Source of the DNA: Bacteroidales bacterium
GTDB lineage: Bacteria > Bacteroidota > Bacteroidia > Bacteroidales > Tenuifilaceae
Assembly: GCA_017454165.1 (NCBI GenBank)
Contig: JAFTDN010000023.1
Location: 4,325-68,324, forward strand
Direction of reading: 5' to 3'
Length of the DNA stretch: 64,000 nucleotides
This document shows, piece after piece, positions 10,312 to 19,844 of the stretch (within the stretch, counting starts at the first letter, position 1; each line of letters begins with the position of its first letter). A program made the position numbers and the translations under genes. The notes beneath the pieces are model-generated. The model was not told the DNA's origin. It was given only the letters and a program-made list of their open reading frames with translations, and did no database searches.

Positions 10312-11331
10312 TTAGTAGTTTGTGAATTGGTTTAGAAATCTGACATCATTTTCGAAGTATAGGCGTAGGTCTTTCACCGAGTATTTGAGCATCGCTATTC
10401 GTTCTACACCTAGGCCGAATGCGAATCCTGAGTATATATTGCTATTTATGCCGTTGGTTTCTAGTACGTTTGGATGTACCATTCCGCATCCAAGCACTTC
10501 GAGCCATCCGGTGTGCTTGCACACCGAGCAGCCCTTTCCTCCGCAAAGCTTGCAGCTTACGTCCATTTCGGCAGAGGGCTCGGTGAATGGGAAGTACGAT
10601 GGCCGTAGCCTTATCTTGGTGTCCTTGCCGAATACCTCTTGGGCGAAGTGGAGCAGGGTTTGCTGTAGGTCGGCAAACGACACGTCTTTGTCGATGTACA
10701 GGCCCTCTATTTGATGGAATAGGCAGTGGGCGCGGGCCGATATGGCCTCGTTGCGGAATACCCTGCCGGGGCATATCACCCTTATGGGCGGTTTTTGCTG
10801 CTCCATGCAGCGCACCTGTACCGATGAGGTGTGCGTGCGCAGCAGCACATCGGGGTGCTTTTCTATGAAGAACGTGTCCTGCATGTCGCGTGCTGGATGC
10901 TCATCGGGGAAGTTCAGCGCAGCGAATACGTGCCAATCGTCCTCTATCTCTGGCCCATCGTATATGGTGAATCCGAGCTTTTTGAATATGTCGCATATCT
11001 CATTTTTTATCAAAGACACTGGGTGCCGTGTTCCGAATTTGGCCTCTATTTCTTGCTGGGTGAGGTCGATGCTGCTATGGATGGGCTGTTTTTTTATCGA
11101 TAGCCCGTTTTTCCATTCCTCTAGTTTGTTCTGTATGCTTACCTTTAGGTTGTTTATCTCTTGGCCTATGCTCTTTTTCTGGTCGGGGCCAACGTTTCTA
11201 AAGTCGTTGAATAGGGCTGCTAATTCGCCCTTTTTGCTGAGGTATTTTATTCTGATGAGCTCTACTTCTTCAGCCGTTTTGGGCTCAAGCTCATCTATCT
11301 TGGCTTTTATCTGCTTTATCTTCTCAATCAT
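10312..11331 (-). CDS. pheS: phenylalanine--tRNA ligase alpha subunit
   Basis: Class II aaRS motifs (HP..D.QDTF, LLRTHTS.VQ, PGRVFR.E, H...FHQ.EG, R.RPSYFPFTEPS.E, GCGMVHP, FAFG.G.ER). Confidence 0.95.
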   Translation of the reverse strand: MIEKIKQIKAKIDELEPKTAEEVELIRIKYLSKKGELAALFNDFRNVGPDQKKSIGQEINNLKVSIQNKLEEWKNGLSIKKQPIHSSIDLTQQEIEAKFGTRHPVSLIKNEICDIFKKLGFTIYDGPEIEDDWHVFAALNFPDEHPARDMQDTFFIEKHPDVLLRTHTSSVQVRCMEQQKPPIRVICPGRVFRNEAISARAHCLFHQIEGLYIDKDVSFADLQQTLLHFAQEVFGKDTKIRLRPSYFPFTEPSAEMDVSCKLCGGKGCSVCKHTGWLEVLGCGMVHPNVLETNGINSNIYSGFAFGLGVERIAMLKYSVKDLRLYFENDVRFLNQFTNY

Positions 11332-11346
11332 GGCTTTTTCGGGTTG

Positions 11347-12150
11347 CTATTTTACGCTGATTTTCATTTTTACGTCGGTGAACGGGCGATCGTTGTCATC
11401 GGTGCTGACCTTCGATATTTTCTCCACCACGTCCATGCCCTCCACCACCTCGCCGAATACGGTGTAGTGCCCATCGAGATGGGGCGTTCCGCCTATGGTG
11501 GTGTAGATTTTGCGTTGTTTCTCGCTGAATCGGAATGGTGCTTGGGCGGATAGGGCCGAGTCTACCTTTTGAGCTATCAGCGCGTTGTCCATGATGCCCT
11601 TGTCGAGCATGGCCACGCTGATTTCGTTTCTGATGCGATTGACGCGGTTCTGCTCCATGCGCTGTTCGAGCTTGTCTAGCTCCTCGGTGGTGAACACCTT
11701 GCCCACCACGATGTAGAATTGGGAGCCCGATGACCGCTTCTCTGGGTTCACGTTGTCGCCCTCGCGGGCCATGGCTATGGCGCCCCGTTGGTGTATTATG
11801 GTGTCGCAGAATTCGGGGTCGATTAGGTATCCGGTGTCGCCATCGCCGTAGCGTGTGCCTGGTTCGGGGTTGCGGCTGTTGGGGTCGCCGCCCTGAATCA
11901 TGAACCCGTCTATCACGCGGTGGAATATCAGCCCGTCGAAGAATTTTTCATGGCTCAGCTTCAGCATGTTATCGCTGTGGTTGGGCGTTTGCTCGTAGAG
12001 CTTCACCTTGATATTCCCCATGTTCGTGCTGATTGTGAGCGTCTTTGGGCTGTTACTGCCATTCGCACACGATGCCAGCACCATTGCGCTGGTTATGTAA
12101 ATCGCTGGTTTACAGATAAGTGTTACCATTGTCTGTGGTATGTGCTTCAA
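11347..12150 (-). CDS. cyclophilin-type peptidyl-prolyl cis-trans isomerase, lipoprotein-like
   Basis: Signal/lipobox (VLASC). Cyclophilin motifs FHRVI.GFMIQGGDP, GA.AMAR, SQFYIV, LDG.YTVFGEV..GMDVV. Confidence 0.9.
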   Translation of the reverse strand: MKHIPQTMVTLICKPAIYITSAMVLASCANGSNSPKTLTISTNMGNIKVKLYEQTPNHSDNMLKLSHEKFFDGLIFHRVIDGFMIQGGDPNSRNPEPGTRYGDGDTGYLIDPEFCDTIIHQRGAIAMAREGDNVNPEKRSSGSQFYIVVGKVFTTEELDKLEQRMEQNRVNRIRNEISVAMLDKGIMDNALIAQKVDSALSAQAPFRFSEKQRKIYTTIGGTPHLDGHYTVFGEVVEGMDVVEKISKVSTDDNDRPFTDVKMKISVK

Positions 12151-12241
12151 ACGGCAAAGTTACCAAAAAATTTTGGCTGTACACAACTATTTGTTTGTGT
12201 ATGCGATCAAATCTGCAATTTTTGAGTAATTTTGCGCCGCT

Positions 12242-13714
12242 ATGGCATCATTGAGACAGCTCTTTTCGCAGTCAGTGGTTTATGGGCTCAGCACGGTGGT
12301 GCCCCGATTGCTGAACTATCTGCTCGTGCCCATCCATACCAGGGTGTTCACCAATCCGGCCGGCTATGGTGTCATCACGGAGCTTTATGCTTACATCGCC
12401 TTTCTATTGGTGCTGCTCACCTTTGGTCTCGAGACGGGTTTTTTCCGTTTTGCCTCCAAACGCAGTGGTGCCCAGGGGGTTTACTCCGCCGTTTTCTACT
12501 TCATGCTCATCACCTCCAGCGTGGCGGGGCTGGTGTTTTTTTCAATATCGGGGGGGGCTTCACGGCTGCTCGGCTCGGAGTTCAGCCCGGGCTATATCCA
12601 GATTTTGGGCTTGGTAGTGGCTACCGATGCATTTATGGCTATACCCTTCGCTAAGCTCAGGCTCGATGGCAGGCCGCTGGCCTTTTCGGCTGTTAAGATA
12701 GCCGGAGTAGCCGTGAATGTTTGTCTCAATATTCTGATTTACTTATGTTTACGTCATAGTTTGTGGCCTCATATCATCAATGAGGGCTCCCTGCTGATGC
12801 TCATATTCGCGGCCAATCTGGTGCAGAACTTAGTGACCCTTGCTCTGGTGCTGTGCCTAGCGGGGGTGCCTAGGCCAGCGCTCAATGCCCGCCTGCTGCG
12901 CGATATGCTAGGCTACTCTATGCCATTGCTCATAGCTGGTTTGGCTGGCACCACCAATGAGGCCATGGATCGCATCTTCATCAGATACCTGCTGCCCGCT
13001 GGTAGCAATGCGCTCTACGAGCTGGGCATATACAGCTCGAATGTGAAGCTGGCAGTGCTCATGCTCCTATTCATACAGATGTATCGATTTGCCGCTGAGC
13101 CTTTCTTTTTCAATCTGAATGCCTCCAAGGAGGGTATAGCTGGGATATTCCCGAAAACACAAAAGTATTTCATAGTTTTTTGCATCATAATATTTTTGGG
13201 CATAACGTTTAACCTTCCCATACTTAAATATATAGTGGGCAATGAGTATAGGACTAGCCTGTACATTGTGCCCCTATTGCTAATAGCCAACATATTGTAC
13301 GGCACGTATTTCAACCTATCCTTTTGGTATAAGCTGAAGGATAAAACTATTTATGGTATAAAATACGCTCTGATAGGGGCGTTTATCACCATAGCATCGA
13401 ATGTGATCATGATACCGCTGATGGGCATATACGGTGCGGCGGTTTCTCGCATAGTGTGCTACGGTGCCATGAACCTAATCAGCTTTCGCGATGGGAGAAA
13501 GGCTGGGTTTGTGGGCATAGAAACCAAGCATCTATCTCTCTATCTGCTCGTTGCCTTGGCTATTTCAGCCATTGGCGTATCAACGCTTTGGCTCAACGAG
13601 TGGCTCTCGCTGCTGCTGGCCGATGCGCTCATACTTGCATTCGTGTGTCTATTCATAAAAAGGGAGGGAGTGCAGGTACCCAAACTGGCTGATTTCAAAC
13701 GATTATCGATATGA
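12242..13714 (+). CDS. MOP-superfamily polysaccharide/oligosaccharide flippase (Wzx-like)
   Basis: About 12-14 TM segments. The N-terminus LRQLFSQSVVYGLSTVVPRLLNYLLVP is typical of polysaccharide biosynthesis flippases. The stop overlaps the dut start (ATGA). Confidence 0.75.
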   Translation: MASLRQLFSQSVVYGLSTVVPRLLNYLLVPIHTRVFTNPAGYGVITELYAYIAFLLVLLTFGLETGFFRFASKRSGAQGVYSAVFYFMLITSSVAGLVFFSISGGASRLLGSEFSPGYIQILGLVVATDAFMAIPFAKLRLDGRPLAFSAVKIAGVAVNVCLNILIYLCLRHSLWPHIINEGSLLMLIFAANLVQNLVTLALVLCLAGVPRPALNARLLRDMLGYSMPLLIAGLAGTTNEAMDRIFIRYLLPAGSNALYELGIYSSNVKLAVLMLLFIQMYRFAAEPFFFNLNASKEGIAGIFPKTQKYFIVFCIIIFLGITFNLPILKYIVGNEYRTSLYIVPLLLIANILYGTYFNLSFWYKLKDKTIYGIKYALIGAFITIASNVIMIPLMGIYGAAVSRIVCYGAMNLISFRDGRKAGFVGIETKHLSLYLLVALAISAIGVSTLWLNEWLSLLLADALILAFVCLFIKREGVQVPKLADFKRLSI

Positions 13715-14148
13715 TAGAGGTAAAAATCCTGAACAAATCGAGCTTCGACAATCCGAGCTACTCCACGCCGCAGAGCAGCGGTGTGGATCTGAGGGCCAAC
13801 ATCGATGCGCCCATCCCAATAGCCCCGCTTGAGCGGGTGCTCATCAAAACGGGGCTGCATCTCGAAATACCGGAGGGCTACGAGGCGCAAATCAGGCCGC
13901 GCAGCGGGCTGGCCCTGAAAAAAGGTCTCACGGTGCTCAATACGCCGGGCACAATAGATTCAGACTATAGGGGTGAGGTAGGTGTGATACTCATAAACCT
14001 GAGCAGCACCGAGGTTACGGTGGAGCCGGGCGAACGCATATGCCAGATGGTCTTTGCCCCCTATGAGCAGGTGCAATTCATGAACACTACCTCGGTGGAG
14101 CAAACCGAGCGCGGCGAGGGTGGATTTGGGCATACAGGTACATATTAA
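13711..14148 (+). CDS. dut: dUTP diphosphatase
   Basis: dUTPase motifs: SAGVDL-like (SSGVDLRA), RPRSGLA, GTIDSDYRGE, GERI.Q, R...GFG.TG. Confidence 0.95.
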   Translation: MIEVKILNKSSFDNPSYSTPQSSGVDLRANIDAPIPIAPLERVLIKTGLHLEIPEGYEAQIRPRSGLALKKGLTVLNTPGTIDSDYRGEVGVILINLSSTEVTVEPGERICQMVFAPYEQVQFMNTTSVEQTERGEGGFGHTGTY

Positions 14149-15343
14149 ACTGCACAGCGTGAGAGAGATAGCCATATCGGTAATGATACTCCTGACATCG
14201 GTAGCGGCATTTGGCCAGCAATCGATAAAAGATTTGAACGCCAAGCGGAAAAAGATAGAGAACAACATAAGCCGCCTGAACGGCCTCATAGCCGATAGCG
14301 ATAGGTCGAGGAAGATAACGGTCGAAAATCTGAACCTTATATCGCAAAAGCTGGGCCTCAAGAACCAGCTGATAGAGCAGATTGGTAGCGAAATTAATCA
14401 TCTCGAGGGGCAGATAAAAGTATCGAGTCATAGCATCGACTCCCTAAACGTGCTCCTCGATGCCAAAAACGAGCAGTTCGCGAGCGTCATACAGAAATCA
14501 TTTAAAAACAGGAACAGCGAACAGCACCTCTTCTTATTCCTGCTATCATCGAGCTCCATGAGCCAATCGTACAGCCGCATAAAGTTCTACAAGCAGATAA
14601 TGGCCTACCAGACCAAAGAGCTGGAGGAGATCAAGACCCTGATAAATGAGCGCTACATGCGCTCAATGGAGCTACAGGGCAACGTCAAGGAGCTACGCTA
14701 CAAGCAGAACGAGCGCCTGCAGGAGGCCGAAAACTACCGTCAGGAAATCAGGCTCTACGAAAAAAGGATAGACGACTACAAGAGCAGGGGCAACGAGCTC
14801 AGGCAGGAGCTCAAGCAGGAGGTGAGGAAGGCCGAGGAGATCAAAAACCAGATAAAACGTTTAATCGCCGAGGAGAGCAAGAAGCGGAAGGCCGATGGCC
14901 GTAGCAGCAGCGATGTGAAGCTGAGCAAGAACTTCAGCGACAACGTGGGCTTGTTGCCATCACCCGTTAAAAATGGACTGGTTACCAAGAAATTCGGGAC
15001 ATCACCCCACCCTGTGCTCAAAGGGGTGAAGGTGAACAACAACGGTATCGACATCAGCGTGGCCAAAGGCAGCCCCGTTTACGCCGTCTTCGAGGGCGAG
15101 GTGAGCAAAATATTCAATGTACCGCTTGGCGGCTTGGCCATCATTGTGCGCCATGGCAGCAGCTACTTTACGGTTTACTCTAACCTTAAAAACGTGAACG
15201 TAAAGGTAGGGCAGCGCATCATCAAAATGCAGAAAATAGCTGAAGTTGAAGGCGATAGCGGCGCGAACCCCAGCCTACACTTCGAGCTGTGGAACGAGAG
15301 GAACCCCGAGAATCCGGCCAAATGGCTCAATGAGTTCAAGTGA
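14120..15343 (+). CDS. M23 family metallopeptidase with N-terminal coiled coil (EnvC-like murein hydrolase activator)
   Basis: Long coiled-coil region, then the M23 LytM core (NNGIDISV..GSPVYAVFEG.V, GLAIIVRHG..YFTVYSNL, LHFELW). The true start is probably GTG 14159 or ATG 14183, just after the dut stop. That gives the signal peptide ...ISVMILLTSVAAFGQQ. Confidence 0.8.
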   Translation: MDLGIQVHIKLHSVREIAISVMILLTSVAAFGQQSIKDLNAKRKKIENNISRLNGLIADSDRSRKITVENLNLISQKLGLKNQLIEQIGSEINHLEGQIKVSSHSIDSLNVLLDAKNEQFASVIQKSFKNRNSEQHLFLFLLSSSSMSQSYSRIKFYKQIMAYQTKELEEIKTLINERYMRSMELQGNVKELRYKQNERLQEAENYRQEIRLYEKRIDDYKSRGNELRQELKQEVRKAEEIKNQIKRLIAEESKKRKADGRSSSDVKLSKNFSDNVGLLPSPVKNGLVTKKFGTSPHPVLKGVKVNNNGIDISVAKGSPVYAVFEGEVSKIFNVPLGGLAIIVRHGSSYFTVYSNLKNVNVKVGQRIIKMQKIAEVEGDSGANPSLHFELWNERNPENPAKWLNEFK

Positions 15344-15406
15344 AACGTAACAAAACGCACCGAGGCGGAGTAAAAGGGACGTATAGTACATAAACATGCC
15401 AGATCC

Positions 15407-15805
15407 GTGTTCAGAAAGACCGTCATAATGCCCAGCAACTTGGAGACCATCAGCAATGTAGAACGCATCGTCGATGAAATCTCCGAGCAGGTGGGCGTAC
15501 CGCAAGATCTATACGGAAAAATCCTTATAGCCACCATAGAGGCGGTGAATAACGCCATATCGCATGGCAACAACTTCGCCCCCGACAAGCACGTAAAAGT
15601 CGGCTTTTGCGTAAAGGACAACCTGTTCACCATCACCGTAGAGGACGATGGTAACGGGTTCAACCCCGCCGCCATCCCAGATCCCACGGCCCCGGAGAAC
15701 ATCGAGAAAATATCGGGAAGAGGCGTATTCATCATGCGCCAATACGCCGATACGCTGGAATTCAACGAGACGGGCACGAAAGTCTCCATGTCATTCCTCC
15801 TTTAG
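15407..15805 (+). CDS. RsbW/SpoIIAB-like anti-sigma regulatory factor (HATPase_c serine kinase)
   Basis: Small GHKL ATPase: E.V.NAI.HGN (N box), ITVEDDGNGF (G1), GRGVFIMRQYAD (G2). Its TAG stop at 15803-15805 directly abuts the ybeY ATG at 15806. Confidence 0.75.
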   Translation: MFRKTVIMPSNLETISNVERIVDEISEQVGVPQDLYGKILIATIEAVNNAISHGNNFAPDKHVKVGFCVKDNLFTITVEDDGNGFNPAAIPDPTAPENIEKISGRGVFIMRQYADTLEFNETGTKVSMSFLL

Positions 15806-16258
15806 ATGCCCATCAGCTTCAGCAAAATCGATGTGCGCTTCATCCCGACCAGCAGGGTCGTCCTGAAACGCTGGATTAAAATGGTGGCGGAGCGCCAGGG
15901 ATACAGGGTGGGCACCATCGCCTACGGCTTTTGCTCCGATGCGCACATCATAGAGGCCAACCGCCGCTACCTGCAGCACGACTATTTCACTGACATCATC
16001 ACCTTCGACTACTCTCAGCACGGCCAGCTCGATGGCGACCTGCTCATCTCCATCGACACCGTCCGCTCCAACGCCGATGCGCTAGGCATCCCCTTTTCCG
16101 ATGAGCTGCACCGGGTGATGATACACGGCGTGCTCCATCTCATGGGATATAATGATTCATCTGATAATGAGATGCTTGAGATGAGAGCGCAGGAGGATGG
16201 TGCCTTAAATCTCCTGAAGGCCATCTTCCAGGAATGGAACTCAGCAGAGGGCGTTTAA
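15806..16258 (+). CDS. ybeY: rRNA maturation endoribonuclease YbeY
   Basis: DIITFDY and the zinc motif [15 protein letters not shown] (H..HG.LHL.GYDH-type). Confidence 0.9.
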   Translation: MPISFSKIDVRFIPTSRVVLKRWIKMVAERQGYRVGTIAYGFCSDAHIIEANRRYLQHDYFTDIITFDYSQHGQLDGDLLISIDTVRSNADALGIPFSDELHRVMIHGVLHLMGYNDSSDNEMLEMRAQEDGALNLLKAIFQEWNSAEGV

Positions 16259-16268
16259 TTTTCAATAT

Positions 16269-18149
16269 TTGGAGGCTTTATTCGACATAGTGGTGGTGGG
16301 CGGGGGCCATGCTGGCTGTGAGGCCGCCGCCGCCGCCGCCCGCATGGGCTCCAACGTGTTGCTGGTGTCGATGGACCTGAACCGCATGGCCCAGATGAGC
16401 TGCAACCCGGCCATCGGGGGCATAGCTAAGGGCCAGGTGGTGCGCGAAATCGATGCCCTCGGCGGCCTCTCGGGGGTGGTGGCCGACCTCACCACCATAC
16501 ATTTCCGTATGCTCAATCGCTCAAAAGGTCCAGCCATGTGGAGCCCCAGGGCGCAATGCGACAAGATGCAATTCTCGCTCCGATGGCGTGAGATGCTCGA
16601 GCGGCTGCCCAACCTGCACCTCTTGCAGGACACGGTTACTTCCATCGATATCGATGAGCGCACTATGAGCGTGCGCGGAGTGGGCACCATGAATGGATTT
16701 GCCTTCGCGGCCAAGGCCGTAGTGCTCACGGCGGGGACCTTTCTTAACGGCCTAATCCATATAGGCGCGGTGAGCTACCCCGGCGGGCGGATCGGTGAGC
16801 ATGCCGACCATCGCCTCACCGCCCAGCTCCGCTCTATAGGCTTCAGCTCCGGGCGCATGAAGACGGGAACCCCCGTTCGCATCGATGCCCGCTCGGTAGA
16901 CCTCACCGCCCTACCAGCCCAGCTACCCGAGCCTGGCGATGGAAAATTCTCCTTCGACCTGAGCGTCCAATCCGCCCTCCCACAGCGCAGCTGCTACATC
17001 CTGCGCACCAACCCCGATGTGCACGATGTGCTACGTTCGGGCTTCCCGCAGTCCCCGCTGTTCACGGGCCGAATAAAGGCCGTGGGGCCGCGCTACTGCC
17101 CCAGCATAGAGACCAAGATTGACACCTTCCCTGATAGGGATTCCCATCAGCTTTTCCTGGAGCCCGAAGGGGTTTCGACCCACGAGATGTACCTGAACGG
17201 ATTCAGCTCCTCGTTGCCGCTGGGGATTCAGCTCGATGCCCTGCATCGAGTGCGTGGCCTTGAGGATGCCGTGATAACTCGCCCCGGCTACGCCATCGAG
17301 TATGACTATTTCGACCCCACGCAGCTCAAACATACGCTGGAGACCAAGCTGGTGGCTAACCTATTCTTTGCTGGGCAGATTAATGGCACCACGGGCTACG
17401 AGGAGGCAGCGGGGCAGGGCCTGTTGGCTGGAATCAACGCGCACCAGAGCATAAACCAGGCCGACCCCCTGATCTTATCCCGCAATCAGGCCTATATCGG
17501 TGTGCTGATTGACGACTTGGTGGTACGCGGTGTCGATGAGCCCTACCGCCTTTTCACCAGCCGAGCCGAGCACCGCACCATCATCCGTCAGGACAATGCA
17601 GATGAGCGGCTATCGGACATCGGACATGCTATGGGGCTTATTGCTACCGAGCGGCTCGGTGCCACCCATCAGAAGTACCAAATGGTGAACTCATGCATTA
17701 GCATCATCAAGAGCACCTCGGTGAATCCCGCTGAGGCCAACCCGGTGCTGGATGCTCGCGGATCATCGCCAATTACCCAGCGTCGCAACCTTCACGACCT
17801 ACTGCTGCGACCAGAAATATCGCTCTGTGACCTCATGCCCCTCATCCGCACCATGCCCCCCATTGCTACCAGCACCTTCTACACCCCCAGCATAGTGATG
17901 CAGTCTGTGGAGCTGAGTATGAAATATGAAGCATATATAGGCAAGGAACGGATGATGGCCGAAAAATATAACCTCCTCGACCATGTACCCATTCCCCATG
18001 GCTTCCACTTTGACCAGCTAGAATCGTTGAGCACCGAGGCGCGGCAAAAGCTTGGCAAAATAGCACCCCGCACGGTGGGCGAGGCAAAGCGAATCCCTGG
18101 CATATCGCCTAGCGATATTAATGTCCTATTGGTATATTTCGGACGGTAA
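16269..18149 (+). CDS. mnmG: tRNA uridine-5-carboxymethylaminomethyl synthesis enzyme MnmG (GidA)
   Basis: FAD fold [68 protein letters not shown]. It apparently uses a TTG start at 16269. Confidence 0.95.
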   Translation: MEALFDIVVVGGGHAGCEAAAAAARMGSNVLLVSMDLNRMAQMSCNPAIGGIAKGQVVREIDALGGLSGVVADLTTIHFRMLNRSKGPAMWSPRAQCDKMQFSLRWREMLERLPNLHLLQDTVTSIDIDERTMSVRGVGTMNGFAFAAKAVVLTAGTFLNGLIHIGAVSYPGGRIGEHADHRLTAQLRSIGFSSGRMKTGTPVRIDARSVDLTALPAQLPEPGDGKFSFDLSVQSALPQRSCYILRTNPDVHDVLRSGFPQSPLFTGRIKAVGPRYCPSIETKIDTFPDRDSHQLFLEPEGVSTHEMYLNGFSSSLPLGIQLDALHRVRGLEDAVITRPGYAIEYDYFDPTQLKHTLETKLVANLFFAGQINGTTGYEEAAGQGLLAGINAHQSINQADPLILSRNQAYIGVLIDDLVVRGVDEPYRLFTSRAEHRTIIRQDNADERLSDIGHAMGLIATERLGATHQKYQMVNSCISIIKSTSVNPAEANPVLDARGSSPITQRRNLHDLLLRPEISLCDLMPLIRTMPPIATSTFYTPSIVMQSVELSMKYEAYIGKERMMAEKYNLLDHVPIPHGFHFDQLESLSTEARQKLGKIAPRTVGEAKRIPGISPSDINVLLVYFGR

Positions 18150-18186
18150 ATGTTCCACGTGGAACAAGTTCTAAAAATATAAAGTT

Positions 18187-19815
18187 ATGAACAACCCCGC
18201 TTTTGCTCTATCAGGGGTCATCATCGACCCCATCGCACGTCAGTCCTATGGGGCCGACATGCATATCGCCGATGGTCGCATCGCCAGCATTTCCCGCAAC
18301 GATGCTGTGAATGGGCCGTACATCATGCCAGGGCTTGTCGATGCGCATGTGCACGTGGAGAGCTCGATGCTCACACCCGTCCACTTCGCCCGCGCCGCCG
18401 CCGTCCATGGCACCGTGGCCGCCGTGTGCGACCCCCACGAGGTGGCCAATGTGGCTGGAGTGCCTGGGGTGCTATTCATGCTCGACAGCGCCCGGTCAGC
18501 ATGTATCAAGCTGGTGTTCGGTACCCCTTCATGCGTACCCGCATCGCCATTCGATGAGTGCTTCCAGCCATTCTCCCCGCAGGTGGTCGAGCAGCTGATG
18601 GCCCGCAGCGACATCCATTTCTTGGCCGAGATGATGAATTTTCCCGGGGTGATAGCTGGGGATGCACAGGTGGAACAAATTATCTCTGCCGCCCGCCGAT
18701 ACGGCAAGCCAATCGATGGTCATGCCCCAGGCCTGATGGGCCCAAATCTCAGGGCATACGCCGCTGCTGGCATATCCACCGACCACGAGTGCTACTCCAT
18801 GCCCGAGGCCATGCAAAAATTGAACCTCGGTATGCACATTTTGATACGTGAGGGAAGTGCTGCCAAGAACTTCGATGCGTTGCACGGGCTGATCGCTTCG
18901 AACCCCGATCGGGTGATGCTCTGCACTGACGACTGCCACCCCGATGAGCTCGAACGTGGGCACATCAACCGACTGCTGCAACGGGCCTTGGCCTTGGGCC
19001 ACAGCATCTACGATGCGCTATGGGCCGCCGCCGTAAACCCCGTGAGGCACTACGACCTCAGCGTAGGCCTGTTGCAACTAGGCGATAGTGCCGACTTCAT
19101 CGTTGTCGATAATCTACGCAGCTTCAATGTTTTGTCCACATTTATCGATGGTGTCGATGTCCTCAAGCTCCCATCCCCTACTGGCGTACAGCCCACACCG
19201 CCAACCTATGTCTTCCCAACAAGTACGTCCACTCTCGACCTCAGCGTTGTGGCGCAAACCAATCGCTGTAGGGCCATCGGCGTGATCCCCGACCAGCTCA
19301 TCACCGAGCCCTTCGTATTCGATGTGACCCCGGGACTCCCCGTGGAGCCTCAACCTGCCAGCGACCTGCTGAAGATGGTAGTGCTGAGCCGGTACTCCGC
19401 GCCCAGGCTCAGCGTGGGCTTCATACATGGTCTGGGGCTGAATCGCGGTGCCATCGCCAGCAGCATCGCCCACGACAGCCACCATATCGTGGCCGTGGGG
19501 GCCGATGATGCCTCCATCAACCGCGCCGTGGCCTACATCATCGAGCATGGCGGGGGGCTTTCTTTCGCCCCCTCTCCGCAGCGCGCCGTGGGCATCCCCC
19601 TTCCAGTGTTCGGCCTGATGGCCGATACCCCTGTCGCCGACATGGCCAGGGCCTACTCTCAGCTCAACGCCGAGGTGCTGGCTAATGGCTGCACCATCAG
19701 GCATCCGTTCATGACCATGGCCTTCATGTCGCTGACCGTCATCCCAAAGCTCAAGCTCACTCCTAGCGGCCTGTTCGACGGGGAGGCTTTCCGCTTCACG
19801 GATATGTTTATCTAA
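18187..19815 (+). CDS. ade: adenine deaminase
   Basis: Amidohydrolase metal site PGLVDAHVHVESSM, DPHEVANV, IDGHAPG, TDHEC, TDD.HP. The length and C-terminal domain fit Ade. Confidence 0.85.
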   Translation: MNNPAFALSGVIIDPIARQSYGADMHIADGRIASISRNDAVNGPYIMPGLVDAHVHVESSMLTPVHFARAAAVHGTVAAVCDPHEVANVAGVPGVLFMLDSARSACIKLVFGTPSCVPASPFDECFQPFSPQVVEQLMARSDIHFLAEMMNFPGVIAGDAQVEQIISAARRYGKPIDGHAPGLMGPNLRAYAAAGISTDHECYSMPEAMQKLNLGMHILIREGSAAKNFDALHGLIASNPDRVMLCTDDCHPDELERGHINRLLQRALALGHSIYDALWAAAVNPVRHYDLSVGLLQLGDSADFIVVDNLRSFNVLSTFIDGVDVLKLPSPTGVQPTPPTYVFPTSTSTLDLSVVAQTNRCRAIGVIPDQLITEPFVFDVTPGLPVEPQPASDLLKMVVLSRYSAPRLSVGFIHGLGLNRGAIASSIAHDSHHIVAVGADDASINRAVAYIIEHGGGLSFAPSPQRAVGIPLPVFGLMADTPVADMARAYSQLNAEVLANGCTIRHPFMTMAFMSLTVIPKLKLTPSGLFDGEAFRFTDMFI

Positions 19816-19844
19816 CTAGCTGATAATTTAAATTAGGTAAGTAT

